The notes beneath the pieces are model-generated. The model saw only the letters and a list, made by a program, of their open reading frames with translations. It had not been told where the DNA came from and made no database searches. 38,482 nucleotides of DNA. It comes from a virus. Lineage: Duplodnaviria; Caudoviricetes. The translations under genes were made by a program, and so were the position numbers. This document shows, piece by piece, positions 8,392 through 17,707 of this stretch (positions are counted from its first letter, which is position 1; every line of letters starts with the position of its first letter). The stretch is from the IMG/VR virus record IMGVR_UViG_3300035307_000034, positions 1-38,482 of that record; one strand, written 5' to 3'.

Positions 8392-9131
8392 CCCTAACTA
8401 TTCGAAATCCAAGCCTCTTTCTAGCCGCTGCCAAGGCGAGCCATGGGCTTATCGTCGTAAGCAAAGACAGCCATCTCAAGCGAAACGGCGAAGTGCTGAT
8501 CGGGTTCGCCGATATTTTGCTACGCCTATGCGAAATAGAGGCGCAAACCGAAGGCACGCAAACGCTTGTTTGGCTGCTTGACGAAGGCGCTCTCGACTTC
8601 AGCGACGAAGACGCGCGGAAAAAATGGGTTAACCTCCAGGACCTGAGGGCGCGGTTCGCAGCCATCAAAAGTTTTTCGGTTAAGGATACACAGTGGGACG
8701 GTTTGTGGGAATGGCTCATCAAGCGGGCTGCTATCGTGATCAACCGCAAATATATCAAAGGCGATAGGCTCGCGCCATTTTTACTTCGAAGAGTTCCTCT
8801 AGAGTGGGAAGATAGTCCGGCGTATCATCGCCTGACGAAATATGACCTGTCGCCATCTTACGGAGTTTTTGTCAAACCGTCGGAAAAAAAGATAATGACG
8901 ATCATTGGCGTCGCTAACTCACCTTATGGCACATGTCAAAGGGTGATGCCAGAGATTCATGCATCTGTAGAATCGGAGATGCTAACGATCTTTGCGGCAG
9001 CAAGAATATTTCTGCGCATACAGCATTCAGTAAGCGGAAACGCCTATCTTGATAACAAACATGCGCTGACCTCTTTCACTGGGAGCGGCCTCGTATTCGG
9101 GACAGTTCCAGAGTTTTTGGATAAGTACTGA
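8388..9131 (+). CDS. Hypothetical protein
   Basis: 247-aa ORF coupled (ATGA/TGATG) to its neighbours. Confidence 0.6.
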   Translation: MTLTIRNPSLFLAAAKASHGLIVVSKDSHLKRNGEVLIGFADILLRLCEIEAQTEGTQTLVWLLDEGALDFSDEDARKKWVNLQDLRARFAAIKSFSVKDTQWDGLWEWLIKRAAIVINRKYIKGDRLAPFLLRRVPLEWEDSPAYHRLTKYDLSPSYGVFVKPSEKKIMTIIGVANSPYGTCQRVMPEIHASVESEMLTIFAAARIFLRIQHSVSGNAYLDNKHALTSFTGSGLVFGTVPEFLDKY

Positions 9132-9427
9132 TGAACTACAAACGCAAATACGCTCGGTCTGCTGCCCGACATCGGACATATTCTCGGAATGGATGGCGGG
9201 TTGCGCGCGAACTTTCACCATTCCTTCCAGGACAAACTGTTAAGGACGTTGAGTGGCCGCCTGAGTTTGGCTGTGTCACCAACTGGCCAAAATGGCACGA
9301 CATCGTTTACAACATAAGACCTTGGCGGCGGGAATGGAAATCTAAACTTAGCCAGATCAAACGTGGCGCTGACCCTGATTCCATCGCATTTCCACTATAT
9401 AAAAAACCGCATATATATTACTGGTGA
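9131..9427 (+). CDS. Hypothetical protein, paralog of 10288..10626
   Basis: Shares HDI....P.RR.W......IKRGADPD......KPH.YYW C-terminus. Confidence 0.7.
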   Translation: MNYKRKYARSAARHRTYSRNGWRVARELSPFLPGQTVKDVEWPPEFGCVTNWPKWHDIVYNIRPWRREWKSKLSQIKRGADPDSIAFPLYKKPHIYYW

Positions 9428-9434
9428 GGATATT

Positions 9435-10052
9435 TTGCCTACTATACGAACGCCTATTCTATTCCCAACGCCTATTGCAGAACTTCGCCCAACACAGATA
9501 ACGGTCGGTTTTAGAGAAGTCGCCGCCAAAAGGAAAAAGTGGCGCGATAAAACAGAGAAGGACAAGACTAAATTCTTTGAAAACCATATGATTCCCGTTA
9601 TTTTGGGGCCAAAATATCGGCGATATATCCTAGATCATCATCACCTATGTCGTGCGCTTTACGAGGAAGACGTTAAGGAAGTATTTACGGTTGTCCAGAA
9701 AGACCTGAGCAACCTGGACAAAACATCGTTCCTGACTTTCATGGATTTCCATAACTGGCTTCATCCCTTTGACAGTGACGGCCAGCGCGTGGCGTTCAGC
9801 AAGATTCCGAAGTCGATTGACAAGCTTGAAGACGATCCTTTCCGTAGCTTGGCGGGAGAGCTGAGGCGCGCGGGCGGCTATGCGAAGGATACAACGCCTT
9901 TCTCTGAATTCATTTGGGCGGATTTTTTACGGAAGCGAATAAAAAAGAAAGACGTCGAAAACGACTTTAATGAAGCGCTTGAAGCGGCGCTAAAACTTGC
10001 CAAAGATAAAGAAGCAGCGTATCTTCCTGGATGGTGTGGAGCTTTTAAGTAG
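9435..10052 (+). CDS. ParB-like nuclease-domain protein (ParBc_2 type)
   Basis: LRPTQITVG, IPVILGP, ILDHHHL, DDPFRSLAGELRRAGGYAKDTTPFSEFIWADFLR; TTG start after GAGG. Confidence 0.8.
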   Translation: MPTIRTPILFPTPIAELRPTQITVGFREVAAKRKKWRDKTEKDKTKFFENHMIPVILGPKYRRYILDHHHLCRALYEEDVKEVFTVVQKDLSNLDKTSFLTFMDFHNWLHPFDSDGQRVAFSKIPKSIDKLEDDPFRSLAGELRRAGGYAKDTTPFSEFIWADFLRKRIKKKDVENDFNEALEAALKLAKDKEAAYLPGWCGAFK

Positions 10053-10061
10053 GAGGTCAGT

Positions 10062-10301
10062 TTGCGCGGGGATCGCTTTGTAATGTTGCTCTGCGCGGGC
10101 GGCGCAGGGTATTTCGGTTGGCTATACTATAATGCGAACAACGCGGGTCCGGGCGCGATTATTTTGACGGTCTTGGTAATCTGGCTCTTCATTCGGTGGA
10201 ACGACAAAATTGACCGAAAAGCTGTGTTTGATCAAGCTTGGGAAGACGCCAGCCGCCGCGCGCGCTCATACAGAGATGCAAAAAGACGTGGCCAATTTTA
10301 A
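10062..10301 (+). CDS. Small membrane protein
   Basis: AGGAGG RBS and two hydrophobic segments. Confidence 0.55.
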   Translation: MRGDRFVMLLCAGGAGYFGWLYYNANNAGPGAIILTVLVIWLFIRWNDKIDRKAVFDQAWEDASRRARSYRDAKRRGQF

Positions 10302-10626
10302 GAGGAAACGCTGCCGCTATAAGGGAAGTCGGCACATGTCTTACGTTTCCTGGATGAAACGAATCGGCCTGGAAATCACGAATATGGACCGGACTTGGGC
10401 GCGTAGGATCGGGGTGGAAGGAACATCCGACAGCCTGACGTTCAGATGTCGCAGGCTTCCTGGTTGGGCGAACGGACCATGGTATCCTCGCGCGCACGAC
10501 ATCCTGTTTCATGTAAAGCCCGAAAGGCGGCGGTGGCAGAAGCTAGCCCACCGCATAAAAAGAGGAGCCGATCCGGACAATGTGCCACACTTACTCAGAC
10601 ACAAACCGCATAAGTATTATTGGTGA
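10288..10626 (+). CDS. Hypothetical protein, paralog of 9131..9427
   Basis: GTG start giving (M)ANFKRKR, similar to MNYKRKY; shared IKRGADPD...KPH.YYW. Confidence 0.65.
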   Translation: MANFKRKRCRYKGSRHMSYVSWMKRIGLEITNMDRTWARRIGVEGTSDSLTFRCRRLPGWANGPWYPRAHDILFHVKPERRRWQKLAHRIKRGADPDNVPHLLRHKPHKYYW

Positions 10627-10846
10627 GCCTACGGCCCAGCCGTCATATGACGCGGAAGAGATTGGGAAAATCGCAGGATTAATCTTTGATCGCGTCCCAG
10701 ACGCGTCTCCAGCTAATTGCGCAAAAGCTGCAAAGGAAATCTGGGAGAAATACGTGTTGGCTATAATCGATGAGGCGATCCTCGATGAAATGAGGAGCAT
10801 CGCAGCCGCCAAACGTAGACGTGCAGAAGAGCTTTCAACCGAGTAA
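10580..10846 (+). CDS. Hypothetical protein
   Basis: Fills the gap in the operon; start uncertain. Confidence 0.5.
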   Translation: MCHTYSDTNRISIIGEPTAQPSYDAEEIGKIAGLIFDRVPDASPANCAKAAKEIWEKYVLAIIDEAILDEMRSIAAAKRRRAEELSTE

Positions 10847-10857
10847 AAGAAAAAGCA

Positions 10858-11634
10858 ATGACTACAGACGCAGAGATTGAAAAGACAATATCAGCCAAGG
10901 GCTTAGTCGCCCCTAGAATAACTCCAGAAATAATTCAAAATTGGATTGCTGGAGAGTATTTCGCCACTGCTGATCAGATGTATCCTGGTGCGCCCATCCT
11001 CCCTGGAATGCACGTATATACGGTGTGTACTCTTGTCCTGATAAACGGCTTCATTGTCACAGGTCATAGCGCCCCGGCATCGGTGGATAATTTCGATAAA
11101 GACCTTGGCGCAGTGTTAGCTCGTCAAAATGCTGTGAATAAAATCTGGGAACTTTTGGGCTTTCAGCTTAAGTCCGAATTGAAGAAAGTTCGGCTTCTGC
11201 CAGAACAGCCAGAGGACAGCTTAACCATTGAATTCCTTGAATCATTGGCTCAAACTGTTCGGACTAAGCTCGAATATGGACGCACCATAGGCTCCATTCA
11301 ACTCGGCGCATATGCGCCAACTGACGAAGCATATGTATCATTCCGCGTTGCAATCTATCCCAACTATCTTTTTTTCCTGGAGGATTCCGAGGCCAAGAAC
11401 ATCCTAACGTTGGGAGAAAGGATTCCTCGACTTGATTCAAGTCTTGGCTGGCTATTAGACATTATTGCCACAAAGACAGAAGCATATTTCCAGGCGAAAG
11501 GCGCGACGATCTATTGGAGAATTACGCCAGAAGTCACAAGGCCAACTCTCGACGGGGAAAAGGTTCCCGTCCTGTATATGCGACTTCTTCTAACCGACCT
11601 CCCGCCAAGTCGGCGCTTCACCAACGATGACTGA
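10858..11634 (+). CDS. N4 gp49/Sf6 gp66-family protein with C-terminal extension
   Basis: APRITP..I, TVCTLVLINGFIVTGHSA..S..NFD..LG...A..NA..KIWELLGF.LK. Confidence 0.8.
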   Translation: MTTDAEIEKTISAKGLVAPRITPEIIQNWIAGEYFATADQMYPGAPILPGMHVYTVCTLVLINGFIVTGHSAPASVDNFDKDLGAVLARQNAVNKIWELLGFQLKSELKKVRLLPEQPEDSLTIEFLESLAQTVRTKLEYGRTIGSIQLGAYAPTDEAYVSFRVAIYPNYLFFLEDSEAKNILTLGERIPRLDSSLGWLLDIIATKTEAYFQAKGATIYWRITPEVTRPTLDGEKVPVLYMRLLLTDLPPSRRFTNDD

Positions 11635-11637
11635 TAA

Positions 11638-11659
11638 AAAGGCGGCAATTGCCGCCTTT
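11638..11659. terminator. Bidirectional intrinsic terminator
   Basis: Perfect palindrome AAAGGCGGCAATTGCCGCCTTT between convergent genes. Confidence 0.8.
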
Positions 11660-11660
11660 C

Positions 11661-11990
11661 CTACCGCCACACCTCTATAGTTGCGTCTGGATGTTCTTTA
11701 CACGCAGCCAGCACCCGTTCAACAAACGGGACGAAATCGTCATAAACTCCCCAGCCGTTCGGCGCGTCGAACTGACGGAAAAACGCAGGATCGGCTTTTA
11801 ATTTGGCCAGACCTTGCTCCAGAGGCTCGATAAGCTGTTCCGCTTTAGTGAATTCGTTCTCGTCTGGCCGCCAGAGGGCTTTATAGATTCCGGCTTGTGT
11901 CGCCATTTCACAAAGATTATGAGTGATATTTGCGTCGAAGACCGTTTTCTCTTCGGTGACGACTTTTTTTAGCCAGAAGTCTAAACCCAT
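11661..11990 (-). CDS. Conserved phage hypothetical protein
   Basis: NITHNL..MA..AGIY..LWRP...PNGWG.Y..F motif pattern; GAGGAG RBS. Confidence 0.7.
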   Translation of the reverse strand: MGLDFWLKKVVTEEKTVFDANITHNLCEMATQAGIYKALWRPDENEFTKAEQLIEPLEQGLAKLKADPAFFRQFDAPNGWGVYDDFVPFVERVLAACKEHPDATIEVWR

Positions 11991-12226
11991 TTTCCTACGC
12001 TCCTCTAAGAGAAGGTTATTTTATTCCAAGCCGCGATTTTAAGCTTCTTTTAAGGTTGCTTCCTGTTTAGAGGCTTCTTATTTAAGTCCTAAACTTCAGT
12101 TCAGATCGGTTCAGGCACAGCTCACCTTAAGCCAGGAAAGCTGTTTTATCCTAAACTTTCAGACGAGTCGGACGATTACAGCCTAGGTTTCGTGAACGAT
12201 TTTATCGTAGGGCAGGTCAGCGGTCG

Positions 12227-12380
12227 CCGATCTATATTTCTTACCATTTGCTAACATTATGTAGCTCCTGTGAACACTTCCTGCTTCACTGAGTTCAGTT
12301 TCACGACTTGCTCAAACAAATCGCCAGAGCTTTCCTCTCCACAGGCGTAAATTCCCGCCGATCTGGCGGTACCGTAGTCT
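12227..12380 (-). ncRNA. Putative omegaRNA/reRNA scaffold and IS right end of the TnpB element
   Basis: TnpB 3' end GCCTGTGGAGAG...GAAGCAGGAAG followed by ...GTAAGAAATATAGATCGG, resembling GG-ending IS607 right ends. Boundaries approximate. Confidence 0.5.
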
Positions 12381-13456
12381 TCTAAATTCTGCGCGGCGTT
12401 CTCGTCGCGGTCGTGATTAGCGCCGCAGTTGTCACATGTCCACTCGCGTTCGCTAAGGAGCAAAGTCTTGCGGACGACTTTGCAACGTGAACAGCGCTTG
12501 CTTGTCGGCTCAAACCTTGGCGCGAACATGATGTCCGAGCCGAATAACGCCGTCTTGTACTCGGACTGGCGGCGGAATTCGTACAACCCAACATCAGAAA
12601 TAGCGCGCGAAAGCTTACCGTTCTTCATCATCCCTCTAACGTTGAGGTCTTCAAGAACGATAAGGTTTCCGCTTTTGCAGATTGCTGTGGAGGCCTTATG
12701 TAGTGCGTCGGAGCGAATACTCGCGATCCTAGCGTGAAGCTTCGCCACTTTCGCTATGGCTTTACGCCGATTTTTCGAGCTTTTCTTGCGGCGCGCAACA
12801 ATCCGCTGAAGCTTCGCGAGTTTTTTCAGACGCTTGCGCAAAGCATCCGGGGCTTTGAACTTCATCCCGTTCGAACAAACCGCCATAGTTTTTATGCCGA
12901 GATCAACGCCGATAACGCCTTGGCTTTCGCACGTTTCGGCTTGATCTTCTGTCTCTATGCTCAATGCAACGAACCAGCGATCTGCTGTTCTTGAAACGAC
13001 TGCGGATCGGACTTGGCCACTAAATCGTGTTTCTTCACACATCCTCACCCATCCGATGACCGGGAGCTTAACGCGCTTGCCGTTGATCTGAACGGCCTGC
13101 GGCGTCGCTTCTCCAGTCCCCCCGTCAGCCCGGAAGCTATCGCGAACGCCCTTGCGCTTGAAACGTGGATATTTCCCTTGTCCTTGAAAAAAACGCTCGA
13201 ACGCTCGGCCCAAGTTCTTGATGGCTTGCTGTGGAGCGTTCTTTGTCACCTCATAGCACCATGGGAAATCAGTCTTTTTCAGAGCATTAAATTGTCTGCG
13301 CAAGGACACTTCAGATGGCTTTCCGCCAGCTTCGTACTGGCGTTTCCATTCTGCCAGCGCCCAGTTATAAGCAAACCGCGCAACACCAGCAGACTTAGCC
13401 ATAAGGCTAGCCTGTCTGTTATTCGGGTTCAGCGCTATTTTATGGGAGCGAAGCAA
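12257..13456 (-). CDS. tnpB: RNA-guided endonuclease TnpB (IS607/IS200-IS605 type), no tnpA
   Basis: N-terminal GVARFAYNWAL; RuvC residues GVDLG, LEDLNV, HDRDENAA; zinc finger CSRC...CDNC. Confidence 0.93.
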   Translation of the reverse strand: MLRSHKIALNPNNRQASLMAKSAGVARFAYNWALAEWKRQYEAGGKPSEVSLRRQFNALKKTDFPWCYEVTKNAPQQAIKNLGRAFERFFQGQGKYPRFKRKGVRDSFRADGGTGEATPQAVQINGKRVKLPVIGWVRMCEETRFSGQVRSAVVSRTADRWFVALSIETEDQAETCESQGVIGVDLGIKTMAVCSNGMKFKAPDALRKRLKKLAKLQRIVARRKKSSKNRRKAIAKVAKLHARIASIRSDALHKASTAICKSGNLIVLEDLNVRGMMKNGKLSRAISDVGLYEFRRQSEYKTALFGSDIMFAPRFEPTSKRCSRCKVVRKTLLLSEREWTCDNCGANHDRDENAAQNLEDYGTARSAGIYACGEESSGDLFEQVVKLNSVKQEVFTGAT

Positions 13457-13600
13457 TTGTCATTTCCTATTAATAAATATTAAAATTTAACGCGCTGCTG
13501 TATAGTCTTGGCTAAGCTCGTAGGCGTCTCTCCCGATAGACGGTATTGGATATGGAACGCTACAATAACATAAAACCAAGAATCAAATCAAGAACTTTTT

Positions 13601-13849
13601 TCAGGAATTCTCAACTTTTTGCGAAAAAATTTTACCCTCGCTCTCATCGCGGCGATACGCTCTCAGAAATTCAGACGCCAAGCCACAGCCGCCCATCAAC
13701 GCCATCCCTACTGTCACACAGAACGATAATCCGCCAAACTGATCTGAAGTTATCGAGCTCTGAGTGATCGCTAGGGAAAGCATGGTTAGTAGCCCAGACA
13801 CAGTCATAACTGCTCCGAATACTGCCATCCCGATAGATAAAGTTCTCAT
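13601..13849 (-). CDS. Small membrane protein
   Basis: Two hydrophobic helices; operon coupling. Confidence 0.55.
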   Translation of the reverse strand: MRTLSIGMAVFGAVMTVSGLLTMLSLAITQSSITSDQFGGLSFCVTVGMALMGGCGLASEFLRAYRRDESEGKIFSQKVENS

Positions 13850-14031
13850 TCCCTGACCTTTGATCTCAAGATTTCCTCTAGAAATTCATCGTCCTGCGGC
13901 GTCCATTTTTCTCTTTCTACGCTCCTGCCAGCCTTCCTCAACCGGACGAATACCTTGCCTTCGTTAAGAAGACAAGGGTACATTTTCTCGATTACCTTGA
14001 CCGTTGTCAATCGTTTCTTAGGGGGTTCCAT
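13846..14031 (-). CDS. Hypothetical protein
   Basis: Likely start MEPPKK; ATGA overlap downstream. Confidence 0.45.
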   Translation of the reverse strand: MEPPKKRLTTVKVIEKMYPCLLNEGKVFVRLRKAGRSVEREKWTPQDDEFLEEILRSKVRE

Positions 14032-14230
14032 CTTGTCTTCGCGCCCAAAAAATCGCAGTGCACGCCACGAAACCCGCCAATCCAACCACTGCACCGAAAA
14101 TGTATGAATACATATCGTCATGGGAAAGAGCTATGCCCATTATCCACGATAAAATCAACGTGAATAAACAAGCGCCCATCCCTATGGCAAAAATAGAAGC
14201 GATAAATCCCAGCGCACGACTGCTCATCAC
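14018..14230 (-). CDS. Small membrane protein
   Basis: Two hydrophobic helices. Confidence 0.55.
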   Translation of the reverse strand: MMSSRALGFIASIFAIGMGACLFTLILSWIMGIALSHDDMYSYIFGAVVGLAGFVACTAIFWARRQDGTP

Positions 14231-14799
14231 ATCACCATCAACATTTCTTTTTGCCGCCGAATATGCTCAGCGCGCGGAACTCTCTGTTTCTTCTGATTAC
14301 GCCCCGACGTTTCGAACACTTCGTCGCGAAGGTCTGGACGCCATTCCCAGGTAATCATGATGCCTTTAAAGTTCTTTCTCGGAGCCCAAGGGTGTGCCGT
14401 ATGATAGGCCGTCCGACGCGTAAGATAGTGTTTAGCCATCTCAGGCCAGCAAGTGAACCCATCCTGGCAAGCAAGCTCGTAAAGCTCCTCCGCCGTTAGG
14501 ACGCGATTGGCGAGGCCGACAGTCATGCCCCCTTCGTCTAAGAGGAAAGGAACCACAGACTTGAGAAGAATCTCATTCTTGGCAATAGTCCTCTGATTCT
14601 GAAATCGACCATCATACCTAATAATCGTCAGAAACTTCCCAGCCTCGAAGCTCACCAACGTAGGGTCGTTGAACCTCAGCATAAAGGTTTTAACCCCGGC
14701 TTCAATCAAATCAGCATGTTTGCCTGTGCATCTAATAACACAGACGCCACGTTCCCTTTTTGTCTTGGAACCATGACGCTTAGGCATAAAAATATCCAT
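14227..14799 (-). CDS. ASCH/PUA-like domain protein
   Basis: DLIEAGVKTFMLR and ELACQDGF...EM..HY resemble the ASCH GxK.xR and A..DGF motifs; AGGAG RBS. Confidence 0.55.
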   Translation of the reverse strand: MDIFMPKRHGSKTKRERGVCVIRCTGKHADLIEAGVKTFMLRFNDPTLVSFEAGKFLTIIRYDGRFQNQRTIAKNEILLKSVVPFLLDEGGMTVGLANRVLTAEELYELACQDGFTCWPEMAKHYLTRRTAYHTAHPWAPRKNFKGIMITWEWRPDLRDEVFETSGRNQKKQRVPRAEHIRRQKEMLMVM

Positions 14800-14844
14800 T
14801 GTTCTCCTTGTTTGGCCGCCCGAACAATACCGAGCGGCCTGTTC

Positions 14845-15228
14845 TTACCCTATTACGTTTAACTCTCGCAATAGACCATTTTGCAGATTATCTGTCATCT
14901 CGCCCAAAATCATGATCTTAGACATATGCGCAGATACATTGATTATGTGTTGGAGCTCCACAGGATGGCATATTCTCCCAAGGCTCACCGCTCCTGGAAC
15001 GCCTTCCAGCAAGAGCAATACCTCCAACGTAGCATAAGCTATCGGCGTAAACCACACGAGCGACTGGCTGAGTTCTCCTCTTACTTCGCCATTGCCAAGA
15101 CCGACGAATATGGTTTTTTCACATGAAACAACGCGAAAAACCATGGCGCGCACTTCGTCAGCTGTTGTTTCCTCCTTCAGGTACCGGGGCGTCGGGATCG
15201 ACTGTTTCACCATCGTTGACCGGATCAT
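14845..15228 (-). CDS. Hypothetical protein
   Basis: ORF in the minus-strand operon. Confidence 0.5.
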   Translation of the reverse strand: MIRSTMVKQSIPTPRYLKEETTADEVRAMVFRVVSCEKTIFVGLGNGEVRGELSQSLVWFTPIAYATLEVLLLLEGVPGAVSLGRICHPVELQHIINVSAHMSKIMILGEMTDNLQNGLLRELNVIG

Positions 15229-15550
15229 CGGGCGTTCTTTCGAGTAATCGAGCTAAATGAGCGGCAAAAACCCCTTCGAACATATCTGCCAAAATCGTCT
15301 TCGAAGTCTTAGACGTTTCAACGAGCTGGAGCGATAGAGCCGCCGCCGTCGATAAGGAAGTCGCCAGGGAATACAACACATCATCTAACGGGACATCATC
15401 ATTGATGTAGGCATCGAAGATGATATCACAAAAGCGGCTAACAAGCTGCCATGAAAACTCTTTCTCTGGCGTGCTTCTATCCCGCGTTAGGAGCTCTTCG
15501 TGAAAGCCTTTTCGCCACGTTTCGACGGCGTTCTTGGTTTCTTCCGACAT
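15158..15550 (-). CDS. Hypothetical protein
   Basis: ORF in the minus-strand operon. Confidence 0.55.
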   Translation of the reverse strand: MSEETKNAVETWRKGFHEELLTRDRSTPEKEFSWQLVSRFCDIIFDAYINDDVPLDDVLYSLATSLSTAAALSLQLVETSKTSKTILADMFEGVFAAHLARLLERTPDDPVNDGETVDPDAPVPEGGNNS

Positions 15551-16422
15551 ATTTTCTTTGCTTTCTCCGCTGTTTCATCTATCTGCTTCAAACTTTCCAT
15601 TATTTCCCCACGCGTTATATCGCATGCGTGAGGGTCGAAGTTCGCGGCGTTAAGGTCGTATCCCTCATAACCACGCTGGTTAGAACATACTACTGTGCCT
15701 TTTACTCTGAATCTAGAATTATCATGCGTGTGTCCATGAATCGCGAGGACAAGCTTGTTTTTATTGCCCATAACTCGCTCAAAATTCGAATAGTATGCCC
15801 AATCCATGTCACCCGGAGGATACGCCGAAAACTTCTTGCTCAACCAAGATGGAGCATGATGAGTAATCAGTATCTTTGCTCTCTCCGGATATTCCTTAAT
15901 AAGCTTGGCGATATTGTACCGGCACCTCTTATGCTGATCGTAAACATCTTTTGGCGTGATGCAACGCGTATAACCCTTTTGGTCCGTCATCCGGATCGAA
16001 CGGCAATCAGACATCCGCGCCCTTATTAACTCCATTTGGCTCACATCGGGGTAACCATAGCTTGCCCAGAGTGTTGACCCAATAAAGACAAGGCCGTATT
16101 CCAAAACGATCTGATTATCAAGCAACTTAGCGTTAGGAGCATTCTCCGCTAGGAATTTGCGGATAATATCCGACGTCTCCGACCAGTGACAACCGTAATG
16201 CTCGTGATTGCCATTAACCAGAAACACCCGCTCATACTTGCTAAGCTCATCAGCGCAAAAACGACGAAACCTGTCCCTAACCTTAAGGCCACTCACGCTA
16301 GTACAGTCGTCTCTCATCGGCGCGGCAAGCCAAGTGTCTCCCGCTAGGAGAAGAATGTCGCCGCCTGGAAGCGTCAAGTCGCCAAATTCCAGGTGTAGAT
16401 CAGACATGGCGCTGATTAGCAT
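15487..16422 (-). CDS. Calcineurin-like metallophosphoesterase
   Basis: SDLH, LAGD, NGNHEHY, THHAP, HGHTH motifs. Confidence 0.92.
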   Translation of the reverse strand: MLISAMSDLHLEFGDLTLPGGDILLLAGDTWLAAPMRDDCTSVSGLKVRDRFRRFCADELSKYERVFLVNGNHEHYGCHWSETSDIIRKFLAENAPNAKLLDNQIVLEYGLVFIGSTLWASYGYPDVSQMELIRARMSDCRSIRMTDQKGYTRCITPKDVYDQHKRCRYNIAKLIKEYPERAKILITHHAPSWLSKKFSAYPPGDMDWAYYSNFERVMGNKNKLVLAIHGHTHDNSRFRVKGTVVCSNQRGYEGYDLNAANFDPHACDITRGEIMESLKQIDETAEKAKKICRKKPRTPSKRGEKAFTKSS

Positions 16423-17447
16423 TCGTTTTTCTCCTTAAGTAGAAACCTGTTATTGATCGCCTTGAAACTATATTCTCGTTCTCCGTCGCGATAGTTCCGC
16501 CAAACAACTCCTTCGGCTTCAACACCTGACAACAACGCAGATTCGACCTCAGAAAGCGCTAATATTTCCTGAATTGTTCCTGGCAAATAATCCATTTTGT
16601 AGATCAATGGGCAAATGTCCAACCCCAGACCTTCTGCGATCCCCATGAATTCGGTCTCGTCTACATAGCATTCCTTTGCTATATCATAGACTGAGAACAG
16701 CCGCCATTCAGGACGGTTGCGCCGATATCTGTTTTTCTGGATGCCAGGGCCGATAAGCTCGCCTTGAAGGGCGTAGCAAGTCCTTTGACCCGCAAGGAAA
16801 GCGGCGACGTCATGCTCTCTGGCGATTTCCCATGCGGGATGAGATTCTTCTTCCTTGAGCTCCCAGTTACGAGAGCAAACACCGAATTCCGTTCCGTCCC
16901 AGTACATGGAAATCGACGTTCCATCGAGCTTTTCGCGGCCATACCAGCCCTTGGATATCCTCATGTAGTCCAGAATCCTGGTGCAATTCTGGATACGAGG
17001 CTCATCCGTTTTTGGGAACAGCGCTGTCGGGAAATTGCCTTTCATTGTTCCAGCGATTTGGACAGGAACGGCTGGCTCCCATTTCGTGACGCCAAGCTCT
17101 TCGGTGAGGTCATCACCCTCTTTGGGCGCGATGTCCCAAGGCGCGCAAACCTCATCAAGCGGCATGAGAAGCCCTTGGCTCAGCTGCCCTCGCAGCCTGA
17201 TGGTCTTTAAGCGAAATCCTTCTGTTCCATCAACCATCTTCTTGTATGAGCTCTTGCGAAGAAACTCATATTCTGGCTTGATAGGCAGAAACGAATCGAT
17301 TTCGTAATAAGCCGCCAGATCGCCAACTCCAAATTGACCCTTTTTGGTGACAACCTCCCAGCCATCCACACGCGCAATCTCTATGGCGTCCGCGCCAGGG
17401 ATAGGCGACAGCTCTTCAATCTTCCTGACGGTGACTAATCTCCGCAT
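16416..17447 (-). CDS. ATP-dependent RNA ligase, DRB0094/Rnl5 family
   Basis: N-terminal OB-fold PIPGADAIE..VDGW.VV..KG and LRGQLSQGL; motif I EKLDGTS; CSRN, QGELIGPGIQKN, EGVV, SFKAI. Confidence 0.92.
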   Translation of the reverse strand: MRRLVTVRKIEELSPIPGADAIEIARVDGWEVVTKKGQFGVGDLAAYYEIDSFLPIKPEYEFLRKSSYKKMVDGTEGFRLKTIRLRGQLSQGLLMPLDEVCAPWDIAPKEGDDLTEELGVTKWEPAVPVQIAGTMKGNFPTALFPKTDEPRIQNCTRILDYMRISKGWYGREKLDGTSISMYWDGTEFGVCSRNWELKEEESHPAWEIAREHDVAAFLAGQRTCYALQGELIGPGIQKNRYRRNRPEWRLFSVYDIAKECYVDETEFMGIAEGLGLDICPLIYKMDYLPGTIQEILALSEVESALLSGVEAEGVVWRNYRDGEREYSFKAINNRFLLKEKNEC

Positions 17448-17526
17448 GGATTCTCCAAAAAATAATCCCAATCGATATCATCGACCAGGATTATAACTCA
17501 ACAGTTAAACTTTAAAAAATGTATTT

Positions 17527-17704
17527 TTATTGGGGGATGTCGATTACTTCAACGAAGTCCGCTTTCGCTCTCCGTCGCATATCCGTCTATAGCCTCCGGG
17601 TGCAGCGACAACGATATGCGGCTGATCCTTGCCCAACATCTCCTGATTGCGCGTAGGGACGTGCCACAGACTAAAACCCTTACTTTGTAGCGTGTGAGGT
17701 CCAT
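17527..17704 (-). pseudogene. Remnant of a YspA/SLOG (DUF2493-like) gene
   Basis: Three frames give VRVLVCG / RNQEMLGKDQPHIVVAAPGG / TDMRRRAKADFVEVIDIPQ*, i.e. the N- and C-terminal motifs with the middle deleted. Confidence 0.6.
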
Positions 17705-17707
17705 AGT

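Noticed and set aside
12211-12226. Putative TnpB guide sharing CGCTGACCTGC with the pentapeptide repeat
   Set aside because: Only an 11-nt match, with mismatches at the scaffold-proximal end, and the guide boundary is uncertain; likely chance.
15451-17307. Plus-strand ORFs opposite the phosphoesterase and ligase (e.g. 192 aa at 15451)
   Set aside because: Antisense shadows without recognisable domains.
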